From contig JBAZXK010000001.1 in NCBI GenBank assembly GCA_041659905.1, forward strand, positions 58,670 to 122,669: DNA of 64,000 nucleotides, read 5' to 3'. Position 1 is the stretch's first letter; every line of letters starts with the position of its first letter. Below the pieces are notes generated by a model that saw only the letters and a list, made by a program, of their open reading frames with translations, did not search any database and was not told where the DNA came from. Source of the stretch: Patescibacteria group bacterium (GTDB lineage: Bacteria > Patescibacteriota > Kazan-3B-28 > UBA10110). The position numbers were made by a program, and so were the translations under genes. This document shows, piece after piece, positions 1 to 10,694 of this stretch.

Positions 1-34
1 CGGGGCTGGGGGAGAGGAAATCTGGACCTTCCGG

Positions 35-403
35 GTGTTAAAAGTCGAGCGATCGCATATTGTGATGAAGTATCTGAAGCCGTGGGACAAATTAGATGTG
101 GCTAATAATTTTTTGGTGACTATTAACGGCAATCCGGGCGATGACGGGTTAGTGACTTATTTGGGTAAAATTACAGCCAATGCAGTTGGCGCTCAATTTG
201 ATGATTGTTTTGCGGCAGACAATGGTGATAAATTCGGCATCACACCGCTGACACAGAATAAGATTGAAGATCCCGGCGTTAAGGCCAAAATTGCTGAATT
301 CATCGACAAAGATGTCTTGGTAGAGATCAGAGGTAAGTTGACGGATCCCGCGATTGATTGCAACGGCAAACAATTCATCGTCCACGAAATCCAAGCGAAA
401 TAA
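35..403 (+). CDS. hypothetical protein
   Basis: 122 aa ORF immediately followed by a GC hairpin plus T-run (aaaccccc-gtgaa-gggggttt) at 404-427; no recognisable motifs. Confidence 0.4.
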   Translation: MLKVERSHIVMKYLKPWDKLDVANNFLVTINGNPGDDGLVTYLGKITANAVGAQFDDCFAADNGDKFGITPLTQNKIEDPGVKAKIAEFIDKDVLVEIRGKLTDPAIDCNGKQFIVHEIQAK

Positions 404-427
404 GCAAAACCCCCGTGAAGGGGGTTT
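404..427 (+). terminator. rho-independent terminator
   Basis: gcaaaacccccgtgaagggggtttcat hairpin right after stop of 35..403. Confidence 0.6.
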
Positions 428-897
428 CATAGCGGAGGAACCTGTTTGCAGTGCTCAATGCTGCCGCTGTTATAAGTCTCCAAGTAAAAATGTAGCTCGG
501 GAGACTTATAAAAAGGACGAAACACTGATGCGCATCCCGCCACTTTTATGACAGGGCTGCTGTTACGAAGCGGAGAATGATTAATGCCTACACATATAGG
601 CATAAACCATCCTGGAGGGTATGGCAACCCTGATAACACATTCTTCGCTAATTGGCGAGTTTGCTTGGTTAACTGATTGTCATCTGGCCGATCAGCAGAT
701 TGGTAATAGACTCCCCAAAGAGTGCTATAAGGTTCATAATAAGCCGGATGGAGATTCTTCAAGTCATATAGAATCCACTTATCCAGCTTAATATTCTGAA
801 TTAGGGTAAATATGTTACCCATTCTCTTCAAGTCCATGCGAGAACTAATCCGGATAGTAATATAGTAATCCGTTGTGACTAAGCGTTGAGTTGTCAA
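427..897 (-). CDS. hypothetical protein
   Basis: 156 aa ORF on minus strand, no recognisable domain; weak. Confidence 0.3.
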   Translation of the reverse strand: MTTQRLVTTDYYITIRISSRMDLKRMGNIFTLIQNIKLDKWILYDLKNLHPAYYEPYSTLWGVYYQSADRPDDNQLTKQTRQLAKNVLSGLPYPPGWFMPICVGINHSPLRNSSPVIKVAGCASVFRPFYKSPELHFYLETYNSGSIEHCKQVPPL

Positions 898-1025
898 TAT
901 TTCACCTCCCAGATGCGGTATTGATCGAGGACTCGCACATCTTAAGATAATATACTTATGGCTCGACAGTCAAATAGTCAATCAATCTTTGAAGCCTAGT
1001 AAGGAGTTTTTGGTACAATAGGAGA

Positions 1026-2414
1026 GTGAAAAATGCTAGTCCCAAACATTATTTTATGGTAGGAATAGGAGGTATCGGCATGCAAGCGCTGACGGACGTG
1101 CTTTTAGGGTTAGGACATAAAATTACCGGCAGTGACATTCAGGATTTTCCCGGCCGGGAGAGATTAGAGAAAAAAGGCGCCCAAGTTATTATTGGTGCTC
1201 AGATAGCGGCCAATATCCCACTCGATATTGACGGTTTAATCTATACTTCGGCGGCTGTGCGCGGCCAGCAAAAGCATCCCGAGATCGAAATAGCTAAGAC
1301 CAAAGGTTTGCCGGTTTGGAAGCGTTCGGAATTTATCGGCGAACTCATGCAGGATAAAATTGGGATTACCGTTTCGGGCACTCATGGTAAAACTACTACT
1401 TCGACCATGATCGCTTTGATGCTGCAAGAAGGCGGCTTAGACCCCTCGGCGTTAATTGGAGCAGAAGTACGGAGTCTATCGGGCTGCGGAATTCTGGGCA
1501 CTAGCGAATACATAGTAGTAGAAGCCTGCGAATATGACAGAGCATTTTTGGATATGAAACCCAAAATCGCAGTTCTCACCAATATCGATGCCGATCATTT
1601 GGATTATTATCAGGATATTAATGAGATCAAAGCTGCTTTTGCGCAATTTCTCCAATTAGTTCCTGAAGATGGCTTGATTGTAGTTTGCGGGGATGATCCT
1701 AATATTTTAGACATTTTGTCTCAAGCTAAAGCCAAAGTTATCAAATTCGGATTTGGTCCCAATAATGATTGGACAGCGAAAAATGTGGTTTATCGGGACA
1801 GAAAAATGGAGTTTGAGGTGGACGGGATTAAAACTTTTCTGAATTTCCCTGGCAAACATTTGGTTTTAGATGCATTAGCGGCAGTAATTGTCGCGAAACA
1901 TTTGGGGGTGAGCGACCCGGCGATTAAAACGGTTTTAGAAAATAAATTCCATGGCGCTGCCCGCCGATTTGAAATATTAGGCGAAACCAAAGGAGTCACC
2001 TTTGTCGACGATTACGGGCACCATCCTACGGAAATTGCCGTCACCTTAGCTGCCGCCAGAGAATATTTTAAGACTAAAAAGATTTATGTGGTATTTCAAC
2101 CCCATCAGTATAGTCGGACTCGCTTGTTGCTCTCGGATTTTGCCAAGAGTTTTGGCTCAGCGGATGAACTTTTATTAGCCCCAATTTTAGCCGTGCGCGA
2201 TAGCGCAGAAGATTTAAAATCGGTGAGTACAGAAAGGCTGGCCCGCGAGATCAATCAGGTAAGTCACAACGCTACTGCTTATGCTGATTTTCCCGAGATC
2301 AGTGCTTATCTAAAAGATAAGCTGCAGCCGGGGGATGTAGTGATTTCTTTGGGGGCAGGGAAAAATAGCGACTGGGTTCGGGAATTTATTTCCCAGTATC
2401 TAACATTGGAGTAG
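1026..2414 (+). CDS. murC: UDP-N-acetylmuramate--L-alanine ligase (Mur ligase family)
   Basis: N-terminal MVGIGGIGM Rossmann motif, GTHGKTTT P-loop, Mur ligase middle and C domains; followed by ftsQ as in dcw clusters. Confidence 0.85.
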   Translation: MKNASPKHYFMVGIGGIGMQALTDVLLGLGHKITGSDIQDFPGRERLEKKGAQVIIGAQIAANIPLDIDGLIYTSAAVRGQQKHPEIEIAKTKGLPVWKRSEFIGELMQDKIGITVSGTHGKTTTSTMIALMLQEGGLDPSALIGAEVRSLSGCGILGTSEYIVVEACEYDRAFLDMKPKIAVLTNIDADHLDYYQDINEIKAAFAQFLQLVPEDGLIVVCGDDPNILDILSQAKAKVIKFGFGPNNDWTAKNVVYRDRKMEFEVDGIKTFLNFPGKHLVLDALAAVIVAKHLGVSDPAIKTVLENKFHGAARRFEILGETKGVTFVDDYGHHPTEIAVTLAAAREYFKTKKIYVVFQPHQYSRTRLLLSDFAKSFGSADELLLAPILAVRDSAEDLKSVSTERLAREINQVSHNATAYADFPEISAYLKDKLQPGDVVISLGAGKNSDWVREFISQYLTLE

Positions 2415-2416
2415 CT

Positions 2417-3292
2417 ATGAAACGGGGGTTTGCTTTCGAAAAGTTATTTAAGAAAATGGTAGCGAATACCAGGACATCATTGCGACCGACAGTCAGTTTT
2501 TATACAACTAAGCCGTCTTTGGTTCAGCCGGGCAAGCATCGGCTGAAAAAATTAGCCTGGCAGCCGAAATTATCACATCGGCCATTGCAAGCCGTAGCCA
2601 CACCCCTGATTCGGACTTGTCTGGGTGTAATTTTGATTTTACTGATCTACTTTTTATTCGGTTCCCGTTTTTTTATTTTAGAAAACTTGGTTATCCAAGG
2701 CAATCGCTTGGTGGATGCAGCCATTATCGAAAAAACGGTTTTTCCTAACGGTTTTCATAAAACAAATGCTTTACTGTTTAATGAAGCCAAAGCCAATGCG
2801 CAAGTAATGACGCTGGCGCAAGTCAAAGCGGTAAATTTTCAGAAACAGATTTTTCAACATCAGCTGCTGATCAATATCGAAGAGCACGAAACTTCTCTGA
2901 TCTGGCAAACTAACGGAGAAAAGTTTTTGGTCAATCGGGCCGGAGTGGTTTATGACATAGCTCCGCCCGAAAGTCCTCTGATAGTAGTAGAAGACCTGAA
3001 AAACGTACCGGTGAATTTAAAACAGCAGATTTTGACCACCGATTTTATTGAATTTGTTAATTTTGTGGCAGCTAATTTGTCGCGTAAGACTAAAGTGAAT
3101 GTGCGCCAGATGATTGTTCCGGAAACCACTTTCGAATTAGAGGTAGTCACTAACGAAGGGTGGAAAATTATCTTTGATACCACTAAAAGTCCTGACACCC
3201 AGCTCAATAATTTAGCTAAAATTTTGCAAGGCGGCGCCCAACCCCGCCAATATGTCGACCTTCGTATTCTCGATCGCGTTTATTACAAATAG
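2417..3292 (+). CDS. ftsQ: cell division protein FtsQ/DivIB-like (POTRA domain)
   Basis: single N-terminal TM helix then POTRA-like region; positioned directly after murC. Confidence 0.65.
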   Translation: MKRGFAFEKLFKKMVANTRTSLRPTVSFYTTKPSLVQPGKHRLKKLAWQPKLSHRPLQAVATPLIRTCLGVILILLIYFLFGSRFFILENLVIQGNRLVDAAIIEKTVFPNGFHKTNALLFNEAKANAQVMTLAQVKAVNFQKQIFQHQLLINIEEHETSLIWQTNGEKFLVNRAGVVYDIAPPESPLIVVEDLKNVPVNLKQQILTTDFIEFVNFVAANLSRKTKVNVRQMIVPETTFELEVVTNEGWKIIFDTTKSPDTQLNNLAKILQGGAQPRQYVDLRILDRVYYK

Positions 3293-3305
3293 AGTATAAA
3301 GGAAC

Positions 3306-3437
3306 AATTAGATTCCCTCCTTGTTGAGCCTGCCTGCCGGTTTACCTGCCGTAGGCATGGTAGGCAGGGAGGGGTTAGGGGAGGTGGATAAATAATTAAT
3401 CCACCCCTCTCAATCTCCCCTCGGCAAGGGGAGAAGT
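3306..3437. repeat. MITE-like palindromic element family A (gagcctgcctgccgg ... ggtggataaataattaatccacccc ... cccctc..ggggag)
   Basis: near-identical copy at 38016-38178; contains perfect palindromes cctgcctgccgg/ccggcaggcagg and ggtggat..atccacc. Confidence 0.7.
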
Positions 3438-3516
3438 TCTGTTTGTTAAATGCTGACCATTTGGTGTGGTTCTTTGTCGGCTATGCTATTATAAAAGGTG
3501 CAACTTAGGAGGTAAA

Positions 3517-5022
3517 ATGGCAGATAACAAAGCTCTCTACCGTCGGTGGCGGCCGCAGGTCTTTGCGGATTTGGTAGGGCAAAACCATGTTAAGCAAACT
3601 ATCATAAACGCCATTAAACAGGGGCATGTCAGTCATGCTTATTTGTTTGCTGGGCCCCGGGGGACTGGCAAAACTTCATTGGCGAGATTGGTAGCCAAGG
3701 CCCTTAATTGTTTAGACCTGAAAGAAGGTGAACCTTGCGGCAAATGCGCTAATTGTTTAGCTCTGGCAGGGGGACGTATGATTGATTTGATCGAAATTGA
3801 TGCCGCCTCCCATACTAGCGTCGACGATGTCAGAAATCTGATCGAACGGGTTAATTTTACTCCCTCAGTCGGTAAATATAAGGTTTATATTATCGATGAA
3901 GTGCACATGCTCTCTAAGAGTGCTTTTAATGCTCTCCTAAAAACCTTAGAAGAACCGCCGGCGCATGCTATTTTTATTTTAGCTACCACGGAAGTACATA
4001 AATTGCCGCCTACAGTCATCTCTCGCTGTCAGTATTTTGATTTTCATTTTCTCTCTCATGCGGAAGTCACGGAACAATTGCGCAAAATTGCCAAACAGGA
4101 AAAAGTGGATATCGACGATGAGGCTCTCCGAATTATTGTCGACAATGCCGAAGGCAGTCTCCGCGATGCCATTAGCATAATGGATCAGGCGACGAGCTTT
4201 GCTGACGGCAAGGTGGATCCAACTACTTTAAAAGACCTTTTAGGGATTGTGGATACGCGATTAGTGGGTGAGCTTACTCAAGCTTTGCTGGATAAAAACG
4301 TTGTGGCAGGCATCAATTTGATCAATGAAACTTATTTTAAAGGATACGATTTAAATCAGTTGAGCAAACTTTGGCTGGAATTTTTACGCGAATTACTAAT
4401 GATCAAATTGGGGAATAGCCAACTAGTCCAAAAATCAGAAGACGAAAAAATGGCTATGGCAAAACAGGCGGAGGGTTTTACTGTCAGCAGTTTAGTTAAT
4501 TTGTTGCAGCGGCTGGTAGAAGCCATCAATCAATATAAGGTAGCTAGTTTGCCCCAGTTAGCTTTAGAAATGGTGCTGGCCAAAAGCTGTAGTGAAACCA
4601 GTGCAACGACCCAGGGCAAATCTATGTCGGTAGCAGTACCGCCGATAGCTCATCCAGTTTCAAATATAATTGAACCGGTGGCAGAGCCTTCTTCTTCTCT
4701 GTTGTCGCCGGATTTGAGTGCGGCAGTTTTGTCCGCACCGGGAAGCAGTGAGATTAAGGAAAAATTATGCGAATTATTGAGCGCTGCCAGTCCCTCGCTC
4801 GGAGCAGTGCTTAAAACTTGCCAGGTAGAAAATCCGACCGGTAAATTGCGCATCAAAGCTCCCAGTAAGTTTTTAAGAGATACTCTGGAAAAATCTACTA
4901 ATCGAGAATTGATTCGGGAGCAATTGGTTAAGTTACAGGTAGGCAGTTTAGAAATCGAATATATAGCGGAAGAGTCGCTAGAAACGGCGGCAGCAGTGGC
5001 CAAGGTGTTTGATATAATGTAA
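3517..5022 (+). CDS. dnaX: DNA polymerase III subunit gamma/tau
   Basis: AAA+ clamp-loader motifs GPRGTGKTS, zinc module CGKCANC, DEVHML, SRC; AGGAGG RBS 6 nt upstream of the ATG at 3517 (the ORF track starts earlier at 3466). Confidence 0.9.
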   Translation: MADNKALYRRWRPQVFADLVGQNHVKQTIINAIKQGHVSHAYLFAGPRGTGKTSLARLVAKALNCLDLKEGEPCGKCANCLALAGGRMIDLIEIDAASHTSVDDVRNLIERVNFTPSVGKYKVYIIDEVHMLSKSAFNALLKTLEEPPAHAIFILATTEVHKLPPTVISRCQYFDFHFLSHAEVTEQLRKIAKQEKVDIDDEALRIIVDNAEGSLRDAISIMDQATSFADGKVDPTTLKDLLGIVDTRLVGELTQALLDKNVVAGINLINETYFKGYDLNQLSKLWLEFLRELLMIKLGNSQLVQKSEDEKMAMAKQAEGFTVSSLVNLLQRLVEAINQYKVASLPQLALEMVLAKSCSETSATTQGKSMSVAVPPIAHPVSNIIEPVAEPSSSLLSPDLSAAVLSAPGSSEIKEKLCELLSAASPSLGAVLKTCQVENPTGKLRIKAPSKFLRDTLEKSTNRELIREQLVKLQVGSLEIEYIAEESLETAAAVAKVFDIM

Positions 5023-5049
5023 AGTCTTCCGATTAACCCCATAAACACT

Positions 5050-6420
5050 ATGCAACTGCCGAGCAATTTAATGCCACCGCAAAATGTCGATGCAGAGAAA
5101 TCTCTGTTGGGGTCTTTATTGTTGGACAAAGACGCCATTATCAAGATTGCAGATCTGATTCGACCGGACGATTTCTACGAAGATCGCCATGGCATTATTT
5201 TTGGCGCCATGATGAATTTGTATGAAAAAATGCGGCCGATTGATGTAATCACTGTTACGGATGTTTTGCGGGATATGAAAAAATTAGAGGCGGTGGGAGG
5301 CGCGAGCTACTTGACCAGTCTGGCGGGAGGATTACCGAGTAGTGCCAATGTGGTTCGGTATGCGGAAATCATCGTTTCGAAGGCTACCCTTCGGGGGTTG
5401 ATTGCCGCCGGAGCCGATATTACCTCATTTGGTCATGCAGAAAATAAAGAACTCGACACGTTACTGGACGAAGCCGAGAAACGCTTGTTTATGGTGGCAA
5501 GACGTTACCTTAAGGGAGGGTTTGTGTCTGTGCGAGATGTGTTAGGCGAAGCGTTTGAAAGAATTGATAAATTACACGAGCATCGGGGCCAGACTCGAGG
5601 CGTTCCTTCAGGTTTTAAATTATTGGATAATATTTTGTCTGGTTTTCAGAAATCCGATCTCATTGTGGTAGCGGCGCGGCCGAGTATCGGGAAAACCAGT
5701 TTGGCGCTTAATTTTGCCTTGAATGCAGCCAGTGAAGGATATTCCATCGGTATGTTCCATTTGGAAATGTCTAAAGATCAGGTGGTTGATAGATTGATTA
5801 GTGCCCAGTCAGGGATTGATTCTTGGCGGTTGCGGACGGGCAATTTAAGAGAAGAAGATTTTAGCCGGTTGTCTGACGCCATGAGTAAATTGTCCGAAAT
5901 GCAAATTTATATCGATGATTCACCCGGGTCGAATGTTATGGAAATGCGGACTAAGGCACGGCGGCTGCAAGCCGAAAAAAAGCTAGATCTCCTGGTGGTG
6001 GATTATTTGCAATTAATGGAGGCACGGAAAAATTCCGATAGCCGGGTGCAAGAAATCTCGGAAATTTCCCGGGGTCTAAAAGCCTTAGCGCGGGAATTGA
6101 ATATTCCGGTGATTGCGGTTTCCCAATTATCGCGTGAAGTGGAAAAGCGGCCGCGGAAAATCCCACAACTGTCTGATCTGCGGGAAAGCGGTGCCATCGA
6201 ACAAGATGCCGATATCGTTATGTTTATTTACCGGGAAGATTACTACAATAAAGATACTGAACGGCAAAATATTGCCGATATTATCATTGCCAAACATCGC
6301 AACGGTCCGATTGGGCAAATCGAACTTTATTTCAAACCGGAAATTATGACCTTCCGCACTCTAGAAACTGAGCGGGGATTAGAAATTGAAACGCTAGTCA
6401 CGATGGAAGAGACCGCTTAA
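5050..6420 (+). CDS. dnaB: replicative DNA helicase
   Basis: DnaB N-terminal domain plus RecA-like domain with Walker A (ARPSIGKTS) and Walker B (LLVVDYLQLM). Confidence 0.9.
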   Translation: MQLPSNLMPPQNVDAEKSLLGSLLLDKDAIIKIADLIRPDDFYEDRHGIIFGAMMNLYEKMRPIDVITVTDVLRDMKKLEAVGGASYLTSLAGGLPSSANVVRYAEIIVSKATLRGLIAAGADITSFGHAENKELDTLLDEAEKRLFMVARRYLKGGFVSVRDVLGEAFERIDKLHEHRGQTRGVPSGFKLLDNILSGFQKSDLIVVAARPSIGKTSLALNFALNAASEGYSIGMFHLEMSKDQVVDRLISAQSGIDSWRLRTGNLREEDFSRLSDAMSKLSEMQIYIDDSPGSNVMEMRTKARRLQAEKKLDLLVVDYLQLMEARKNSDSRVQEISEISRGLKALARELNIPVIAVSQLSREVEKRPRKIPQLSDLRESGAIEQDADIVMFIYREDYYNKDTERQNIADIIIAKHRNGPIGQIELYFKPEIMTFRTLETERGLEIETLVTMEETA

Positions 6421-6488
6421 ACGGTACTCCCAAGGCAATCGAAAAAGTTTACTGTTATAATAAAAGAAGAATAACAGTAACTCTCTTT

Positions 6489-7733
6489 ATGAGTAAGCAG
6501 CCAAGGCTAGTTATATGGGAGTTTCTTAAAGGGGAACTACGCACTATTTTAGCGCTAGTCTTGGTGTTGGCTATTTTTGTCGGTTTTGGTTTGGCGGCCG
6601 GTGATGACAGTATTATTTTTGATTTTGGTACAGGTAATAGTTCAGAGCTTTTCCCGGGAGCTTTACCGGTTAATGGCGGTGCCACGGTTTATCCGAAAAC
6701 CCTGAATAATATTACTTATGGTTGGCAAACACCTTATGTGGCCGAGCACAGCAGTGGATCACAGGTGAATAATTTGCTGACCACCGATTCTAATCAAGGC
6801 GCAACTCCCAATACTTTTAAAGTGAGCGGGCTAACCAGCCCTTATTACACCGTTACTGTTATCAGCGGTGCACTCAATAGTGATCTGACGACTAAGATCG
6901 TCGTAAACAGTGCCAATTATTTAATCAACTCAGTTGCGGGAGAATGGCAGACGGTTACGTTCAAAGTCACTGCCAATAGTGGGGCCATTGATTTTCTGTT
7001 CAGCCGGCAAGGCAAAAATCTCTGGGGAATTAATGCGCTAACTTTAACGCCTGCGAGTGCGCCTCCGATTTCGCCAACCTTTACTCTTTTAGTTGAACCG
7101 ACCGAACATCAAGTGGCGGCCGGAGGCACTGCGCTATATCAGGTGGCGGTAGACCAAGTAAATTATTATGGCAGTGAAGTGGTTTTGTCGGTGGTCGGCT
7201 TGCCCACCGGCATGAGCGCTAAGTTCACGCCCGTTTCTGGTACTCCGCCTTTCACAGCGGCTCTAGAAGTTTCTGTGGACGCTGCTACAGCCACTACTCG
7301 CTACGGCTGGATGGTGATAGGCAAAGGCGATGATCCCAGTGCTTATACGGTCAACAAACACATCGGTCTGTTGGTCACCCAACCAGGAGAAGAGGTTGAA
7401 ATAGTGCCTGTCTTCCCTCCGATTACTAACCAGGAAGCCCAGGTGCGCATTGATCAGTATTCCAAGCTCGAAGTGAAAAAGCTGCCTGATGGACAAGAAA
7501 TTAGTTCCCTGGCCGATATTGCCCAAGTTACCTCCTCGGGTATCCCAGTGATGTCAGAACTGCCCCTACCCACTTCTTTAGTAGATGCTTCTTTACTTCA
7601 ATTAACCAAAGCCGGTATAATTGGCACGGTGGTAGACAGCGCTCCTCCCGCGCAAGTTCTGGGAGAAACGGACCAAAAAAGACCAGGATTTTGGGCGCAA
7701 TTCTTTGGCGCGATGTTTAACCCTGCGAGATAA
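6489..7733 (+). CDS. hypothetical secreted/membrane-anchored protein
   Basis: N-terminal TM/signal segment, Thr/Ser-rich predicted extracellular region; no known domain recognised. Confidence 0.5.
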   Translation: MSKQPRLVIWEFLKGELRTILALVLVLAIFVGFGLAAGDDSIIFDFGTGNSSELFPGALPVNGGATVYPKTLNNITYGWQTPYVAEHSSGSQVNNLLTTDSNQGATPNTFKVSGLTSPYYTVTVISGALNSDLTTKIVVNSANYLINSVAGEWQTVTFKVTANSGAIDFLFSRQGKNLWGINALTLTPASAPPISPTFTLLVEPTEHQVAAGGTALYQVAVDQVNYYGSEVVLSVVGLPTGMSAKFTPVSGTPPFTAALEVSVDAATATTRYGWMVIGKGDDPSAYTVNKHIGLLVTQPGEEVEIVPVFPPITNQEAQVRIDQYSKLEVKKLPDGQEISSLADIAQVTSSGIPVMSELPLPTSLVDASLLQLTKAGIIGTVVDSAPPAQVLGETDQKRPGFWAQFFGAMFNPAR

Positions 7734-8003
7734 TATAGACAACAATGGTAACACAAGGATTTATTCAAGAGTTCAAGCAAGAAGCTCTCCGGCAGCGAGA
7801 TTTTACTAATTCGTTCTGGCGGCAACTCGCGGTAATCATCGTTTCGATTGTTATTATTCAAATTGTCGGGCCCTATATAATTTTCTGGGGAACCAATATC
7901 GCTGCCAACCAATTCAAGTGGTTTTAAGTTGAAGCTTAAAACTGACTGGCAGCCCCGCTATGGGCGATTTTGAAGTATTGTCATAAATAGGTAAAATAGA
8001 GCT

Positions 8004-8744
8004 ATGTCTAAAAGAGAACGGGAAAGAAAACAGCAGAAACTTGATGAGCGCCGGGCGGCCCTCCGAGAACTGAGAGCCCAACGGAATTTATATCGAGTGG
8101 CTTTCCCTTGGAAAAAACTGATTTGGGCGGTTGGCAGCACCGTCATGATTGTTTTGTTAGTTTGGCTAGTGCCTCGGGGAATCGTCTGGGCGAGTAGCTT
8201 AAGCAAAGTTTCGGGCCCCTTTGGCGAGATTAGCCGTAAAGAACTGAATAACAGTAAATTTGCCACCATTGTGACTAACCAAGGCGATATTAAGGTGGAG
8301 CTGCTCAATACGATTTCTCCTAAAACCGTAGCTAATTTTGTCTTATTGGCGAAAAAGGATTTTTATGATGGCGTGAAATTCCACCGGGTGATTAAAGATT
8401 TTATGATCCAAACAGGGGATCCTTTATCGAAAGATGCTGATCCGGCCAACGATGGCACCGGCGGGCCGGGCTATACCTTTGCCGACGAGATCAGCGAGGA
8501 TAGCCCCAAACTGGTTCGGGGAATAGTGGCGATGGCTAATTCGGGAGTTGATACTAATGGCAGTCAATTCTTTATTGTGACCAAAGAAGCGGTCGATTGG
8601 TTGGATGGCAAACATACACCGTTCGGCCAGGTGGTTTACGGAATGGATATAGTAGATAAAATCGGCAACACCCCGACCGATGCGGCAAATGATCGGCCCA
8701 AACAGGATATTATCGTCAAGGATATTATTATTAGCACCAGCTAA
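8004..8744 (+). CDS. peptidyl-prolyl cis-trans isomerase, cyclophilin type, membrane anchored
   Basis: FHRVIKDFMIQTGDP and GTGGPGYTFADE cyclophilin signatures; N-terminal basic region plus TM helix. Confidence 0.85.
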   Translation: MSKRERERKQQKLDERRAALRELRAQRNLYRVAFPWKKLIWAVGSTVMIVLLVWLVPRGIVWASSLSKVSGPFGEISRKELNNSKFATIVTNQGDIKVELLNTISPKTVANFVLLAKKDFYDGVKFHRVIKDFMIQTGDPLSKDADPANDGTGGPGYTFADEISEDSPKLVRGIVAMANSGVDTNGSQFFIVTKEAVDWLDGKHTPFGQVVYGMDIVDKIGNTPTDAANDRPKQDIIVKDIIISTS

Positions 8745-8748
8745 GGTT

Positions 8749-9048
8749 ATGTTCGAAAAGACTAAAAAATTATTTGAGCTGCAAGGCAAGGCCAAAAAAC
8801 TGCAAGGTACTTTGCGCGAGATGGAATTTATGGGCAGTGAGTTGGGCGGTAAAGTCAAAGTAACTGTTACCGGTGAGCAAAAAGTTACCGCTATCGAGAT
8901 CGATGACAGCCTGGTTAATTTAGAAGAAAAAGCTAGTTTAATTAAATTTGTCACCCAAGCTACCAATGCTGCTATAAAACGCGCCCAGCAGGCGGCGGCT
9001 ACCAAAACCAAAGAGATTATGGGTGGTTTGGGCATCCCCGGACTATAA
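8749..9048 (+). CDS. ybaB: nucleoid-associated protein YbaB/EbfC
   Basis: MFEKTKKLFELQGKAKKLQ...VTGEQKVTAIEID typical YbaB; upstream of recR as in the conserved dnaX-ybaB-recR arrangement. Confidence 0.8.
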   Translation: MFEKTKKLFELQGKAKKLQGTLREMEFMGSELGGKVKVTVTGEQKVTAIEIDDSLVNLEEKASLIKFVTQATNAAIKRAQQAAATKTKEIMGGLGIPGL

Positions 9049-9049
9049 G

Positions 9050-9190
9050 GGTAGCATCTAGGGGTTAGCATCTGGCATCTAGCGATTGCATGAAAAGTTA
9101 TAATGAATTAGGGAAGATGCTACACGCGATTATTGCCAAACTGAAATTAAAGCCAAGCCCTAAATGCTGAATGCTATCCTCTAAATGCTA
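9050..9190. repeat. interspersed repeat family C (ggtagcatctagggg ... cctctaaatgctacc terminal inverted repeats)
   Basis: inverted termini differ by 2 nt; related agatgctaacc motifs at 12075-12100, 38183-38200, 45855-45895. Confidence 0.5.
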
Positions 9191-9195
9191 CCAAT

Positions 9196-9795
9196 ATGTA
9201 TTCATTACCCAAATCGGTTTCAAAGTTGATTGAAGAGCTCAGTAAGTTGCCGGGGATTGGGCCAAAAACCGCTTCCCGGTTAGCTTTTTATTTGATTAAA
9301 AATCCGGGGATGGATATCAAATCTCTGGGCGAGGCTCTGCTCGATCTGAAGAGTGATTTGGTTTATTGTGCCGAATGCCACAATATTGCCGATAGCGATC
9401 CCTGCTCAATTTGTACAGACAAAACCCGCGATGCGCAGATTCTGTGTGTGGTGGAAGAAGCCATTGATGTTTTAGCGATTGAGAAATCCGGCGGTTATCA
9501 GGGCAAATATCATGTTTTAGGCGGTCGGCTTTCGCCTTTGGAAGGCATCGCGGCGGCAGATTTGAATTTAGCTTCTTTAGTGGAGCGAGTGAAGAACTCT
9601 GATATTTCAGAAATAATCATTGCTACTAACCACAATATCGAAGGTGAAACCACGGCTTTATATGTCACGAAAATATTAGAAGCCACGGGTATTAAGATTA
9701 GCCGGATTGCCTCGGGGCTCCCGATGGGCAGCGACCTCGAATATGCCGATGAAGTAACGCTAACGCGAGCTTTTGAAGGGAGGCGGGCGGCATGA
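9196..9795 (+). CDS. recR: recombination protein RecR
   Basis: HhH N-terminus, C4 zinc finger CAEC..CSIC, Toprim domain; stop TGA overlaps next start (ATGA). Confidence 0.9.
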   Translation: MYSLPKSVSKLIEELSKLPGIGPKTASRLAFYLIKNPGMDIKSLGEALLDLKSDLVYCAECHNIADSDPCSICTDKTRDAQILCVVEEAIDVLAIEKSGGYQGKYHVLGGRLSPLEGIAAADLNLASLVERVKNSDISEIIIATNHNIEGETTALYVTKILEATGIKISRIASGLPMGSDLEYADEVTLTRAFEGRRAA

Positions 9796-10694
9796 AAGAA
9801 TCGCGCACGCTCTTTTTGATGCAGGCGTTGGTCGCCACTTTTTTGTGGTCAGCTTCTAAAATTATTTTAAAACTGGGACTGGGTTTGCTTTCCCCTTGGC
9901 TGCTTATTGGTTGTATTCAGGCAGTAGCTTTTTTGGGCCTATTAATTTATAGCCGGTTTTATCCGATAAAATTAAAACAACAGCTTAAATCAAGCGAAAT
10001 TTACGCTCTTGTTTTGTTGAGTATGATGGGGTTTGTGGTCGCTCCCGTGTTTTCTGTGATCGGTCTAAAATATGTGACCGGTCTTACCGCCGGTTTAGTG
10101 GCCGGCTTGGGGTCTGTTTTGGTAGTGCTGTTGGGCTGGTGGATTCTCAGGGAGCGTCCGCGGCAATGGCAAGCTTTCGGGATTTTATTGGCAGTACTGG
10201 GGGCTTATGTTTTTTTGGGTGACGGCCAATTTACCGGTTCTCTTTTAGGCGTATTTATGCTAGTGTTATCAGAATTTGCGTATGCTTTTAATATTGTTTT
10301 AACTAGATTACTCATGCGGCAACCGGGCGACCAATCATTATTAGTGGCTTTAATCGGCTCGTTTATGGGAGCAGCCATTCTACTGCCTGTCGGTTGGTTA
10401 ACCGGCAGCAGCGTAGCCCTGGGTTATTGGCAAACTTGGCTAGTAATTGGATCGGTCGGCCTAATTTTTGCTTTTGCCGGGCTCTTGTGGAATTATTCGC
10501 TAAATTATTTACTGTCGTTTGAAGCTTCGGTATTGCAAAATACCATGTTGATTCAGGTAGGTTTGCTCTCTTGGATTTTTCTGCGCGAAACGATTGTTTG
10601 GTATCACTGGTTGGGTGCGATAATAGTATTGATGGGAGTCTATTTAGTCAACCGACAACTCTTAAACCAGCGTTATGCATCCAGCCGAACTTAG
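9792..10694 (+). CDS. EamA/DMT family transporter
   Basis: 10 predicted TM helices, two EamA-like halves. Confidence 0.7.
   Translation: MKESRTLFLMQALVATFLWSASKIILKLGLGLLSPWLLIGCIQAVAFLGLLIYSRFYPIKLKQQLKSSEIYALVLLSMMGFVVAPVFSVIGLKYVTGLTAGLVAGLGSVLVVLLGWWILRERPRQWQAFGILLAVLGAYVFLGDGQFTGSLLGVFMLVLSEFAYAFNIVLTRLLMRQPGDQSLLVALIGSFMGAAILLPVGWLTGSSVALGYWQTWLVIGSVGLIFAFAGLLWNYSLNYLLSFEASVLQNTMLIQVGLLSWIFLRETIVWYHWLGAIIVLMGVYLVNRQLLNQRYASSRT

Noticed and set aside
47-54. Cyanobacterial HIP1 (GCGATCGC) enrichment
   Set aside because: Only a few scattered occurrences, and the gene content is not cyanobacterial.
3293-3516. SRP RNA (ffs) upstream of dnaX, as in Bacillus
   Set aside because: The spacer is filled by a family A palindromic repeat. 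No GGAAGCAGCC-type domain IV motif is present.
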